From contig JAQGIF010000270.1 in the NCBI GenBank assembly GCA_028291345.1, forward strand, positions 16,577 through 80,576: a stretch of 64,000 bases of DNA, in the 5' to 3' direction. Shown piece after piece: positions 9,240 to 19,559 of this stretch; position 1 is the stretch's first letter, and each line of letters starts with the position of its first letter. The translations under genes were made by a program, and so were the position numbers. Source of the DNA: Rhodospirillales bacterium. Its GTDB lineage: Bacteria; Pseudomonadota; Alphaproteobacteria; BOG-932; Roseiterribacteraceae. Below the pieces are notes generated by a model that saw nothing but the letters and a program-made list of their open reading frames with translations, made no database searches and was not told where the DNA came from.

Positions 9240-11198
9240 TTGAAATGCGCTTTATCATTTTATGCGCTATCCACAATCGCCGTTTTGCTTTCGGCCGCGC
9301 CGGCGCATGCCGACGGGCCGGTGCCGATCGAGGCCTACGGCAAGCTGCCGGCGATCGAGGGACCCCGCCTGTCGCCCGACGGCAATACAATCGCCTTCTT
9401 GTCGTCAATCAACGGGCGCCGGTGCCTAGTCATCCATCGTTTGGATTCCGACCGGCCCAATCACGGGATTTGCCCCGGAAATTATGAGGTCCGGTCGTTC
9501 AGTTGGAAAAACGCGGACCGGTTGATCATGGATGTCTATGTGCAAAGCCGCCCGGTCGGGTCGGAACTACGTACCGAAAGCCGGCTGCTGGCCATCGACC
9601 TCAACGGGCGACGCGGCGTCCCCTTGATGGAGTCGCGGGCCGAACGGTCCGTGGATTTCGGCCAGGACCGCATTATCGACATGCTGCCCGAGGATCCGGG
9701 GCATGTCCTGATCGCGGCCTACCGGGCGGATGCGGATTCACCCGATGTCGTGAAGGTGGATATCGATACCGGGCACAGGCATACGATCGTGACCGGACAG
9801 AATCGCATCACGAATTGGAAAACCGACGCGTCCGGCCAGGTCCGGTTGGGCACCGCGGTGCAAGACGGCATTTTGAGCACATATTATCGCAACGACGCGG
9901 ACTCCCCGTTTCGGATAATCCGGCAAGTCGAAGCGGCGAATGCCTCAAAGTTCTCACCACTGGCGGTCGGGAGCGACCCCGGAACTCTTTATGTCGCATC
10001 GACCGAACCAACCGGGCGGCGAGCGATCTATCGCTACGATGTAAAAACGGACCGCCTCCTGGAACCCTATGCGAGCAATCCGGATGTCGACATCGACAGT
10101 CTTGTAGTCGATCGCGGAACGCCGCTCGGATATGGCTTCACGACCGATGAGCCAAACCTGGTCTACACCGACTCAGCTTTTCGCGCGGACGCACAACAGG
10201 TTGCGGCAGCTCTTCCGCAATTTCGCACGACGGTGGTCGATTCCGCCGCCGGTGGGCGCCGGCTGCTCGTCCTGGCAGCCGGCGGCAACCGGCCTGGAAG
10301 CTATTACGTTCTGACGCGAGCGGATGGAAAGGCGACCTTGGCCCCTCTTGGAGCAATCCATCCCGATATTCCCGATGGGGCGTTGGCGCCGGTCAGCCCG
10401 GTCACCTATCAGTCGCGGGACGGCCTGACCATTCACGGCTATGTGACTCTGCCGCCGGGAATGTCGGTGAGTGACAAACGGCCGATCCCATTCGTTGTAC
10501 TACCCCACGGCGGCCCGTCGGCGCGCGACTCGCTGGGTTTCGATTACCTGGCTCAGATGATCGCCAGCCGTGGTTTCGGTGTGTTTCAGCCGAATTATCG
10601 TGGTTCACGCGGCTATGGCGGCGCGTTCGAACGGGCGGGTTTTCAGCAATGGGGCCTGAAAATGCAGGACGACGTGACCGACGGCACGCAGTGGCTGATC
10701 AACCAAAAACTCGCCGTTCCCGGGCGCATCTGCATCGTGGGCTGGAGCTATGGCGGTTATGTTGCCCTAATGGGCGCGATCAAGACTCCGGGGCTCTATC
10801 GCTGCGCCGTCAGCATGGCAGGCGTCACCGACCTGAGACGGCGGCTGGACCGCGCCAATCAATCCCGCTTCGCCGACCTGAACCTGCCGCGTTTCGACAG
10901 CGACCCGGCAGTCATCGAAGCGAACTCACCCGTGCTTCATGCCGATCAAGTTCGTATCCCTGTCCTGTTGGCGCATGGGCGGCGTGACTTCACCGTGTCG
11001 GTCTTCGACAGCGAAGATATGGAGGCGGCGCTCAAAAAGGCGGGAAAGCCGGTGAAATCGCTCTATTTTGACGACGACGACCACTATCTGTTTCGCGAAG
11101 AAGATCGGATCGCCTTTTTGAAGGCGCTGGATGGTTTTCTCGCCGAGAATTTGGGCTCACGCGTCTCGTCCACACCCGGTGCGACGGCGACGAACTAG
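9240..11198 (+). CDS. S9 family serine peptidase (prolyl oligopeptidase / dipeptidyl aminopeptidase-like), secreted
   Basis: The C-terminal alpha/beta-hydrolase domain has the nucleophile elbow GWSYGG plus HGGP. Signal peptide KCALSFYALSTIAVLLSAAPAHA. I prefer the TTG at 9240, 9 nt after GGAGGA; the GTG at 9219 is an alternative start. Confidence 0.85.
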   Translation: MKCALSFYALSTIAVLLSAAPAHADGPVPIEAYGKLPAIEGPRLSPDGNTIAFLSSINGRRCLVIHRLDSDRPNHGICPGNYEVRSFSWKNADRLIMDVYVQSRPVGSELRTESRLLAIDLNGRRGVPLMESRAERSVDFGQDRIIDMLPEDPGHVLIAAYRADADSPDVVKVDIDTGHRHTIVTGQNRITNWKTDASGQVRLGTAVQDGILSTYYRNDADSPFRIIRQVEAANASKFSPLAVGSDPGTLYVASTEPTGRRAIYRYDVKTDRLLEPYASNPDVDIDSLVVDRGTPLGYGFTTDEPNLVYTDSAFRADAQQVAAALPQFRTTVVDSAAGGRRLLVLAAGGNRPGSYYVLTRADGKATLAPLGAIHPDIPDGALAPVSPVTYQSRDGLTIHGYVTLPPGMSVSDKRPIPFVVLPHGGPSARDSLGFDYLAQMIASRGFGVFQPNYRGSRGYGGAFERAGFQQWGLKMQDDVTDGTQWLINQKLAVPGRICIVGWSYGGYVALMGAIKTPGLYRCAVSMAGVTDLRRRLDRANQSRFADLNLPRFDSDPAVIEANSPVLHADQVRIPVLLAHGRRDFTVSVFDSEDMEAALKKAGKPVKSLYFDDDDHYLFREEDRIAFLKALDGFLAENLGSRVSSTPGATATN

Positions 11199-11254
11199 CG
11201 CCGGTCTTCCGGGTTCAGTATCATCGGGCACCTCCTCACGGGATATTCGGCGTC

Positions 11255-13702
11255 ATGCGCTTTCTTCTGATCGGGTTATCGGCCCTCGGTATTCTTGCGG
11301 CCGGCGGTATCGTGGCGGTCTTTCTTCTCCTTCGCCATTACAGCGAAGGATTGCCTGACTATCGCGCCCTGGCGGACTACAAGCCCAAGGTGGTGACCAG
11401 GATCCACGCCGGCGACGGCGAATTGCTGGCCGAGTTTTCGACCGAAAAACGGATCTTCGTTCCAATTGGCTCAATCCCCAAGGAGGTGAAAGAGGCTTTC
11501 ATCTCGGCGGAAGACAAGAATTTCTATCAACATAAGGGCGTCGATCCCGAAGGGATCATGCGCGCGGCGGTCACAGACCTGAAAAACCTGCATTCCGAAA
11601 AGCGGCCGGTCGGCGCATCGACGATCACCCAGCAGGTAGCGCGCAACTTCCTGTTGACCAATGAAGTGTCGATCGCCCGCAAGATCAAGGAAATGATCCT
11701 CGCTTATCGGATAGAGCAGGTGTTGACCAAGGATCAGATCCTCGAGCTTTACCTCAATGAGATCTATCTCGGCCTCAATTCCTATGGCGTCGCCGCCGCC
11801 GCTCTCGATTATTTCGATAAGCCGCTGGACGAACTGACCATCGCGGAAATGTCGTTCCTGGCCGCCATACCGAAAAATCCGAACAAATATTTCCGCGAAA
11901 AGAATCGCGACGCGGCGTTGGAACGCCGCAATTACGTGATCAACCGGATGTTCGAAGACAAATATATCACACAGGCCCGAGCCGCCGAGGCCATTGCCTC
12001 ACCCCTCGGTTTCCACCCGCCCACCGATAGTGAGAAGGTTCCAGCCGGCCATTTCACCGAGGAAGTACGGCGCGAGTTGCTGGCCGCCTACGGCAAGGAG
12101 GGTCTCTATGGCGGCGGCCTTTCGGTCCGCACAACGCTCGATCCAAGGCTTCAGGCGATCGCCGTTCGGTCGCTGCGGGATGGGCTTGTCGCCTATGACC
12201 AGCGACATGGCTGGCGCGGGCCGGTCACTCATCTGCTCAATATGAATTCCTGGGCGGAGCAGCTTGCGAAGGTTCCGCCGCCGGACGGTGCCGAAAGCTG
12301 GCGCCTGGCCGCTGTGATCGACGCCGACGCCGACAGCGTCAAGATAGGCTTTTCGGATGGGAAAACTGCCGAACTGGCAATGGCGGATATGCGCTGGACC
12401 GGAAAGGCAAAGGCGAGCGCCGTGGTTCAACCGGCAGACGTAATTCTCGTCCAATCGGTCGAGATGACCGTCGTGAAGCCCGATGAGAAGAAGGGCGCCG
12501 ACAAGAAGAAGGGCGAAGAAAAGAAGCCGGCCGGACCGACGTTCCACTATGTCCTGCGGCAGATGCCGGAGGTCAACGGGGCCCTCGTCGGAATCGACCC
12601 GCATACCGGGCGGGTTCTGGCTCTCGTGGGAGGCATGAGCTACGAGTCGAGCGAGTTCGACCGTGCGACTCAAGCGATGCGGCAGCCGGGATCGAGCTTT
12701 AAGCCTTTTGTCTTTTTGGCGGCGCTCGATAGCGGCTTTACACCCTCGACCATCGTGCTGGACGCCCCTATTGAAATCGATCAAGGGCCAGGCCTGCCAT
12801 TATGGAAGCCTGAGAATTTCGACCATGAGTTTTTGGGTCCCCTGCCGTTGCGGGTCGCGCTTGAAAAATCGCTCGATACGGCGACCGTCCGTGTCGGCCA
12901 GGCAGTCGGAATGCCCAAGATCGTCGACTATGCCAAGAAGTTCGGGATTTCCGACAACCTGCCCCCATTCATTTCGAGCGTCATCGGGGCCGGCGAGACC
13001 ACTCTGATGCGGATGGTGACCGCCTATGCGGAACTCGACAATGGCGGCAAGAAGATCGTTCCGACACTGATCGACCGTATTCAGGACCGAGAGGGAACGA
13101 CACTGTTCCGGCACGACACGCGGACTTGTCAGGGCTGCACTGGCATCGACTGGAATCAGCAGGCGGTTCCGGAGATTCCGGACGACAGGCTGCAAATTCA
13201 GGACCCGCGCACAGCCTATCAGATGGTGGAAATGCTGGAGGGCGTTGTTCAGCGCGGCACCGCCCGTTCGCTGGCCGCGCTTGGACATCCGCTCGCCGGC
13301 AAAACCGGTACGACCAACGAGGCCAAGGATCTTTGGTTCCTGGGCTTTTCGCCCGATCTAGTGGTCGGCGTGTTTGTTGGCTACGACGACCCCAAATCGC
13401 TGGGCAAGCACGAGCAGGGCGCGACCACCGCCGTTCCGATCTTCAAAGAATTTATGAGTGCCGCCCTTGCCGACCAGCCACCGATCCCGTTTCGAATACC
13501 AACGGGATTGCGGCTTGTGCGCGTTGATGCATCGTCGGGCGGCCCGGCCGGTTCGGGTAGCGCGAATTCGCTGTGGGAGGCGTTCCTGCCCGGAACCGAG
13601 CCCGGAGCCGATCATCCCGCGCCGCCCGGCGCCGAACTGCTGACCAATGCCGGATCGCAGAACCTGCCTTCGGCCACCACCGGTACGGGCGGAATTTACT
13701 AA
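11255..13702 (+). CDS. mrcA: Penicillin-binding protein 1A (bifunctional glycosyltransferase/transpeptidase)
   Basis: 815 aa. N-terminal TM helix, GT51 motifs (EDKNFYQHKGVD, GASTITQQ), transpeptidase motifs SSFKP and KTGTT. Confidence 0.95.
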   Translation: MRFLLIGLSALGILAAGGIVAVFLLLRHYSEGLPDYRALADYKPKVVTRIHAGDGELLAEFSTEKRIFVPIGSIPKEVKEAFISAEDKNFYQHKGVDPEGIMRAAVTDLKNLHSEKRPVGASTITQQVARNFLLTNEVSIARKIKEMILAYRIEQVLTKDQILELYLNEIYLGLNSYGVAAAALDYFDKPLDELTIAEMSFLAAIPKNPNKYFREKNRDAALERRNYVINRMFEDKYITQARAAEAIASPLGFHPPTDSEKVPAGHFTEEVRRELLAAYGKEGLYGGGLSVRTTLDPRLQAIAVRSLRDGLVAYDQRHGWRGPVTHLLNMNSWAEQLAKVPPPDGAESWRLAAVIDADADSVKIGFSDGKTAELAMADMRWTGKAKASAVVQPADVILVQSVEMTVVKPDEKKGADKKKGEEKKPAGPTFHYVLRQMPEVNGALVGIDPHTGRVLALVGGMSYESSEFDRATQAMRQPGSSFKPFVFLAALDSGFTPSTIVLDAPIEIDQGPGLPLWKPENFDHEFLGPLPLRVALEKSLDTATVRVGQAVGMPKIVDYAKKFGISDNLPPFISSVIGAGETTLMRMVTAYAELDNGGKKIVPTLIDRIQDREGTTLFRHDTRTCQGCTGIDWNQQAVPEIPDDRLQIQDPRTAYQMVEMLEGVVQRGTARSLAALGHPLAGKTGTTNEAKDLWFLGFSPDLVVGVFVGYDDPKSLGKHEQGATTAVPIFKEFMSAALADQPPIPFRIPTGLRLVRVDASSGGPAGSGSANSLWEAFLPGTEPGADHPAPPGAELLTNAGSQNLPSATTGTGGIY

Positions 13703-13786
13703 GAGTGAACTCGGCCGATCGGGTGAACCGGCACTGCCGGCACGCGTTACTATTAAAGATGTGAAACCACCGAAACGGAATCCGCC

Positions 13787-14488
13787 ATGACCGAAGTTCT
13801 GATCGATGCTACGGACGCGGGTCGGTTCGGCGCCTATCTGGCCGAACCCGCCGGAACCGGTAGCGCGCCGGGGATGCTGGTAATTCAGGAAATTTTCGGC
13901 ATCAATCAAAACGTCCGCTCGATCTGCGACGACTACGCTGCGCAGGGCTATGTCGCGATCGCACCCGACCTGTTCTGGCGGCAGGAACCGGGACTGCAAT
14001 TGGACTCAAACTCCAAGGAGGGCTGGAAGCGGGCGATGGAACTGCTCCAGGGCTTTAGCGAAACCAAAGGCATCGAGGATTTGATCGCCACGCTGGCCTG
14101 GTTGCGAACCCATCCTCGCGTTTCCGCAAAGGTCGGGACGGTAGGTTATTGCCTGGGCGGCAAGCTGGCCTATCTGATGTCGACACGGTCAGATGTCGAT
14201 GCCGCGGTCGGCTATTACGGCGTGGGGATTGAGGGCAGCATCGGCGAGGCCGGAGCCATCACCCATCCATTGATGCTGCACGTGGCGGAGAAAGACGGCT
14301 TTTCCTCGCCGGAAGCGCAGAAGGCAATTCGCGATGGCCTGGCCCCGATCGTTCATGCGACGGTGCATACCTACCCAGGCGTCGACCACGCTTTTGCGCG
14401 TAAGGGCGGAGACCATTACGATGCAAACGCTGCGAATTTGGCCGACGGCCGTACCGCCAGCTTCTTTGCCCATATCCTGAAGGCATAG
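13787..14488 (+). CDS. Dienelactone hydrolase family protein
   Basis: 233 aa. DLH-type nucleophile motif GYCLGG, a C-terminal His motif (GVDHAF), and typical length. Confidence 0.85.
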   Translation: MTEVLIDATDAGRFGAYLAEPAGTGSAPGMLVIQEIFGINQNVRSICDDYAAQGYVAIAPDLFWRQEPGLQLDSNSKEGWKRAMELLQGFSETKGIEDLIATLAWLRTHPRVSAKVGTVGYCLGGKLAYLMSTRSDVDAAVGYYGVGIEGSIGEAGAITHPLMLHVAEKDGFSSPEAQKAIRDGLAPIVHATVHTYPGVDHAFARKGGDHYDANAANLADGRTASFFAHILKA

Positions 14489-14492
14489 CCCG

Positions 14493-15470
14493 ATGAAGGC
14501 GCAAGCGATCCGGATCCATGAAACCGGCGGACCCGAAGTGCTGCGGGTCGAAGAGGTCGACGTTCCACGGCCCGGTAAGGGCGAGGTCCGACTCGAGCAG
14601 ACGGCAATCGGGGTTAATTTCACCGACACTTATAACCGCACCGGCCTCTATAAGCAGCCGCTGCCGATCGTCCTGGGCCATGAAGCCGCCGGCATCGTCG
14701 AAGCCGTTGGAGAAGACGTTCAGGGCCTGAAAAAGGGCGATCGGGTCGCCTATGCCGGCGGCCCGATCGGGGCCTATGCTTCAGCTCGGCTCTACCCGGC
14801 CGAACGGCTGGTGCCGCTGCCGGACTGGATCGATGACCAGACCGCCGCGTCGCTGATGCTGAAGGGAATGACTGCCGAGTATCTGCTTCGCCGTACCTTT
14901 CCTGTGCAGAAGGGCGATTGGATCGTCGTCCACGCGGCGGCGGGCGCAACAGGCGGCATCATGTGCCAGTGGGGAAAGTTCCTGGGTGCGCATGTGATCG
15001 GCACGGTGGGCAGCGGTCACAAGATTCCGATTGCCGAGGCGAACGGCGCCGAAAAGGTCGTTGTGACCGACGAACCGAATTGGCCCGCGAAGGTCCGGGA
15101 CTTCACGGACGGCGCCGGCGTGTGCGTCGTTTACGATGGCGTCGGCAAGGATACGTTCGACGGATCACTGGAATGTCTGATGACGCGCGGTCTGATGGTG
15201 TCGTTCGGCAATGCTTCAGGTCCGGTGCCGCCCGTCGCCATTTCCAAGCTCAACGATCGCGGCTCGCTTTTCCTGACCCGCCCGAAGCTTTGGGATTATG
15301 TCGCCGCACGCAAAGATTTGATGGAGACGGCGGCCGCTCTGTTCGATGTCGTTCACCGCGAGGCGGTGAAAGCGACAGTTGCCAAGACCTTCTCGCTCGC
15401 GGAAGCCGCCGATGCGCATCGGGCTATCGAAAGCCGGGCGATCACCGGCTCGATCATTCTGTTGCCTTAA
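14493..15470 (+). CDS. qor: NADPH:quinone oxidoreductase (zeta-crystallin-type MDR)
   Basis: 325 aa. Shows an MDR fold with a GHEAAG-type motif, an AAGATGG nucleotide-binding loop, and no zinc ligands. Confidence 0.88.
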   Translation: MKAQAIRIHETGGPEVLRVEEVDVPRPGKGEVRLEQTAIGVNFTDTYNRTGLYKQPLPIVLGHEAAGIVEAVGEDVQGLKKGDRVAYAGGPIGAYASARLYPAERLVPLPDWIDDQTAASLMLKGMTAEYLLRRTFPVQKGDWIVVHAAAGATGGIMCQWGKFLGAHVIGTVGSGHKIPIAEANGAEKVVVTDEPNWPAKVRDFTDGAGVCVVYDGVGKDTFDGSLECLMTRGLMVSFGNASGPVPPVAISKLNDRGSLFLTRPKLWDYVAARKDLMETAAALFDVVHREAVKATVAKTFSLAEAADAHRAIESRAITGSIILLP

Positions 15471-15513
15471 CCTGCTAAAAGCGACAGGTCCAGACGATCG
15501 AGCCGGTCGTTCT

Positions 15514-16773
15514 CTACTGGTTCATCGATTGGAAGAAGTCGGCGTTGTTCTTGGTGTGCTTCAGCTTATCCAGGATGAACTCGACGGCATCGGCCGTGCC
15601 CATCGGATTGAGGATGCGGCGTAGCACCCACATTTTCGACAGTGTCGCACGATCGACCAGAAGTTCTTCCTTGCGGGTACCCGACTTGGCAATGTCGATT
15701 GCCGGGAAGGTGCGTTTGTCCGCCAGCTTCCGGTCGAGGACAATTTCCGAATTGCCGGTGCCCTTGAACTCTTCGAAAATCACCTCATCCATACGGCTGC
15801 CGGTATCGATCAGCGCGGTGGCGATGATGGTCAGGCTGCCGCCCTGTTCGATGTTGCGGGCCGCACCGAAGAAACGTTTCGGCCGCTGCAGTGCGTTGGC
15901 GTCGACACCGCCGGTCAGAACCTTGCCCGATGATGGCACGACCGTGTTGTAAGCACGGGCGAGGCGGGTGATCGAATCGAGCAGGATAACGACATCGCGC
16001 TTATGTTCGACCAGGCGCTTGGCTTTTTCGATGACCATCTCGGCAACTTGCACGTGACGGGTCGCCGGCTCATCGAAGGTGGAGGACACGACCTCGCCTT
16101 TGACGGAGCGCGCCATGTCGGTCACTTCTTCCGGCCGCTCGTCGATCAGCAAGACGATCAGATAGGCGTCGGGGTGGTTGGCGGCGATGGCGGCGGCGAC
16201 GTTTTGCAACATCATGGTCTTGCCGGTACGCGGCTGTGCGACGATAAGGGCGCGCTGTCCCATGCCGATCGGGGCGACAAGATCCATAACGCGGAGCGTC
16301 ATGTCCTTCTTGGTCGGATCGCCCTCGATCTCGAGCGAGAACTTCCGTTCAGGATAGAGCGGCGTCAGATTGTCGAAGTTGATGCGGTGCCGGACCGCGT
16401 CGGGGTCTTCGAAATTGATCGTATTGACCTTGAGCAGCGCGAAATAGCGCTCGCCGTCCTTGGGTGAGCGTATCTGCCCCTCGACGGTGTCACCGGTGCG
16501 CAGGCCAAACCGGCGCACCTGGCTGGGCGACACATAGATGTCGTCGGGCCCGGCGAGATAATTTTCTTCCGGCGAACGCAGGAAGCCAAAGCCATCCTGC
16601 AGCACTTCGAGCACACCGGAACCGAAGATCGGCACGTCGTTTTCGGCCAGAGTCTTCAATATGGTGAACATCATGTCTTGTTTGCGGAGCGAGCCGATAT
16701 TCTCGATCTGCAGCTCCTCCGCGAAAGCCAGAAGCTCCGCGGGAGACTTTTTCTTTAATTCAGCGAGATCCAT
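15514..16773 (-). CDS. rho: Transcription termination factor Rho
   Basis: 419 aa. N-terminal insertion domain, cold-shock-like RNA-binding domain (GFGFLR), Walker A (PRTGKT), and Rho Q/R loops. Confidence 0.98.
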   Translation of the reverse strand: MDLAELKKKSPAELLAFAEELQIENIGSLRKQDMMFTILKTLAENDVPIFGSGVLEVLQDGFGFLRSPEENYLAGPDDIYVSPSQVRRFGLRTGDTVEGQIRSPKDGERYFALLKVNTINFEDPDAVRHRINFDNLTPLYPERKFSLEIEGDPTKKDMTLRVMDLVAPIGMGQRALIVAQPRTGKTMMLQNVAAAIAANHPDAYLIVLLIDERPEEVTDMARSVKGEVVSSTFDEPATRHVQVAEMVIEKAKRLVEHKRDVVILLDSITRLARAYNTVVPSSGKVLTGGVDANALQRPKRFFGAARNIEQGGSLTIIATALIDTGSRMDEVIFEEFKGTGNSEIVLDRKLADKRTFPAIDIAKSGTRKEELLVDRATLSKMWVLRRILNPMGTADAVEFILDKLKHTKNNADFFQSMNQ

Positions 16774-17070
16774 TGATGCCTTAGTAGGGAAGTTTGGCGC
16801 GGGTCCCGAAAATGGGAAGGCGGCGTCACAAACGATTAGGAAGGATGTGCGCCGTCCGATGGGGGCGCTTTAGGAACGCGTCGTGCAAATGAACAGGCAA
16901 CGATACGCTGTACTGGAATCACAATTATGTCCGGATGCGATCGATGTCAATGCGGCACGACAGGTTTATTCTTTATTTCCATGTTCGATCGTCCGATCGA
17001 GAGTCACCGGCGCTTCCTCGGTAGGCTTAATGCCGATAAAGGTGAGGCCTCACAAGTCGCGAGATATTCG

Positions 17071-17910
17071 ATGCCAAGCTTTGCCGAACGCTTCCTGAAA
17101 CTGGCTGAATCCCGGTCTCCCCTCTGCCTTGGAATCGACCCGGCCGTCGAACTGCTGCAGCAATGGGGACTGCCACTCGATGCCAAGGGCCTCGGTCGGT
17201 TTTGCGATATCGTGATAGAGGCGATGGACGATCGCGTGGCGGTGGTAAAGCCGCAATCGGCCTTCTTTGAGCAATTCGGACCGGAAGGGATGCAAGAGCT
17301 GGCCCGAGTCGTCGCCATGATCAAGGACCGTGGCGCGCTGGCTCTGATCGACGTGAAGCGCGGCGATATCGGCCATACGCTGGAAGCCTATGCCGACGCC
17401 ATGATCGGGCCGAATAGCCCGTTCGGCGGCGACGCGATGACGGCATCGGCCTATCTGGGGTTTGGCGCCTTGCAGCCACTGCTGAAGAAGGCGGCGGACC
17501 GTGGGGCCGGTGTGTTCGTGGTGGTACGGTCATCCAATCCGGAAGGGCGCGCGCTGCAGGATGCGAAACTTGCCGACGGCCGCACCGTCGCGACTGCCCT
17601 CGCGGACGACATCACCGCGTTCAATGCCTCGGTGACCACCGGTGTCGGCCCGATCGGGGCGGTTATGGGCGCGACGATGGAAGGTACAGCGGTGGAGACA
17701 CTGGCGAGTCTGCCCAACGCGCTGATCCTGGCCCCCGGGATCGGCGCGCAGGGCGCCACGTTCGACGATCTGGCGCGCAATTTCGACGATGCCGTCCAGA
17801 GGACTCTGCCATCGGTATCGCGTGGCATTCTCGGCAAAGGCCCGAACGTGGCGGACCTTCGCAAATCCATCGAACTTCACTGCGATCAGGCGCGGAGAAT
17901 GCGCGGTTAA
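17071..17910 (+). CDS. pyrF: Orotidine 5'-phosphate decarboxylase (type 2)
   Basis: Motifs LCLGIDP, VKPQSAFFE, IDVKRGDIG and ILAPGIGAQG. The ATG at 17071 gives the usual ~279 aa. The upstream part of ORF 16927.. is Cys-rich and non-conserved. Confidence 0.9.
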   Translation: MPSFAERFLKLAESRSPLCLGIDPAVELLQQWGLPLDAKGLGRFCDIVIEAMDDRVAVVKPQSAFFEQFGPEGMQELARVVAMIKDRGALALIDVKRGDIGHTLEAYADAMIGPNSPFGGDAMTASAYLGFGALQPLLKKAADRGAGVFVVVRSSNPEGRALQDAKLADGRTVATALADDITAFNASVTTGVGPIGAVMGATMEGTAVETLASLPNALILAPGIGAQGATFDDLARNFDDAVQRTLPSVSRGILGKGPNVADLRKSIELHCDQARRMRG

Positions 17911-19055
17911 AGCGGCCGGAACTGCTTAGCCAGGGCTAAGCCCTGGTTCTGATAGTTCGAACCGATTCCGCGCCCATAGAGGCGGTCGGGACGCCCTGCC
18001 ATCGGTTCGTAGCGCAACCATCCGACGGTCTGCCCGTGCTCCAGGAGGAACGGCACCTCGTGGGAGCGAACTTCCAGCACGGCCCGGCTACCGCCGGCGG
18101 CGCGATCCCAGCCGAAGCCGGGATCGAAGAAGCCAGCATAATGAACCCGGAATTCACCAACCGTGGTGTCGTAGGCCATCATCTCGGCGGCATAGTCTGG
18201 CGGCACGCCAACGGATTCCCGGGTTCGCAATATATAGAAATCGTTCGGGTCGAGAATGACGCGCGGATCGCGGTGGGCATGGATCGGCTCCCAGAAATCC
18301 AGCGGGTCGTAGTGGCCGATATTGTCGACGTCGATGCGGTCCGTGTGCTTACGAGCCCGGTATCCGATCAGCGTTTCACCGCCCGCGCCGCCGAGATCGA
18401 CCGTCACGCGTAGCATGCCGTCTTCGCCGAGCTTTTGTTCGTCGCCCAGCGCCATGACGATCTGCTGCTCATCATGCAGGCGACGCAATTCGCCCGACGG
18501 TATCTGCGGCGACCCGCGCCGGAACCGGAGTTGGTTGAGCCGGCTGCCCGTCCTGACAACGACACTGAATGTCCGCGGCGCGATTTCGACATACAGCGCA
18601 CCCTGATAGCCACGTTCGACCCGGTCGAATGCAGCGCTCCGGTCGGTAATCAGCCGGGTTAGTATGTCGAGACGGCCTGTCGAGCTTTTCGGGTTGGCAA
18701 AGCCCGCGACGGCTTGGTTCAGAGCGAGGGATTCGAGCAGGGGCGCGACATAGACGCAGCCCTTTTCCAAAACCGCTCCTGGTCGAAGATCGATCGCGTA
18801 GCCATCAAGTTGCTCGATCTTTTCCGCGACCGTTGCTTCCGGGCCAGGCAGAAAACTCGCCCGAACCCGGTAAGCCACCCGCCCAAGCCGAAGATCGATG
18901 CTGGCAGGCTGCACCTGCTCTGGAAGAATCTCCGCCGCAGCGAATATTTCGCCGTCACGACGCATCGCGTTGATCGCCTGAGAAGGCAGGATTCCCGTCA
19001 CCCGGGGCAATCTGGCTTCTGGTGAAATAGTTGTAGGTGCGGTGATCTCAGCCAT
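17907..19055 (-). CDS. 2'-deoxycytidine 5'-triphosphate deaminase (long DCD2-type)
   Basis: 382 aa. Two dCTP-deaminase/dUTPase-like half-domains, a length and architecture typical of the alphaproteobacterial long form. Confidence 0.75.
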   Translation of the reverse strand: MAEITAPTTISPEARLPRVTGILPSQAINAMRRDGEIFAAAEILPEQVQPASIDLRLGRVAYRVRASFLPGPEATVAEKIEQLDGYAIDLRPGAVLEKGCVYVAPLLESLALNQAVAGFANPKSSTGRLDILTRLITDRSAAFDRVERGYQGALYVEIAPRTFSVVVRTGSRLNQLRFRRGSPQIPSGELRRLHDEQQIVMALGDEQKLGEDGMLRVTVDLGGAGGETLIGYRARKHTDRIDVDNIGHYDPLDFWEPIHAHRDPRVILDPNDFYILRTRESVGVPPDYAAEMMAYDTTVGEFRVHYAGFFDPGFGWDRAAGGSRAVLEVRSHEVPFLLEHGQTVGWLRYEPMAGRPDRLYGRGIGSNYQNQGLALAKQFRPL

Positions 19056-19111
19056 AAGAAACTTCTAGCGAAAGGCGCCGGAAGATCAAAGCGAAGCGTT
19101 CGGACAATGTG

Positions 19112-19549
19112 TCAGAAAGGGCGCACGATCACCATGACGACAACAACCATGAGTGCGAGCGTCGGAAGTTCGTTCGCGATCCGGAAGAAACGCTGTGTGC
19201 GATAATTATTGTCGACAGCAAAGTCATGCCGCCAGCTATTCATCAGTATATGCATTATTGTCAGCCCGATGACGAAAAGCAGCTTTACCGGCAGCCATCC
19301 GGAACTCAGCAATGCCGGGTTCATCGCGATCATCGTGACGCCGAACAGCCAGGAAGCGATCGCGGCGGGGGTCATAATGAGCCGCATCAGCTTTGCCTCC
19401 ATCACCTTGAATGTCTCGCTGGCAGACGATCCTAGTCGGGCGGTCACATGATAGACGAACAGACGCGGCAGATAGAGTTGACCCGCCATCCAGGCGATGA
19501 CCGAGATCACATGAAGCGCCTTGATCCAAAGATAAAGCGATGACGCCAC
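19112..19549 (-). CDS. hemJ: Protoporphyrinogen IX oxidase HemJ (UPF0093/CopD-like membrane protein)
   Basis: 145 aa, 4 TM helices. Conserved N-terminus LWIKALHVISVIAWMAGQLYLPRLFVYH. Lies immediately downstream of hemH. Confidence 0.85.
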   Translation of the reverse strand: MASSLYLWIKALHVISVIAWMAGQLYLPRLFVYHVTARLGSSASETFKVMEAKLMRLIMTPAAIASWLFGVTMIAMNPALLSSGWLPVKLLFVIGLTIMHILMNSWRHDFAVDNNYRTQRFFRIANELPTLALMVVVVMVIVRPF

Positions 19550-19559
19550 GACACACCCT

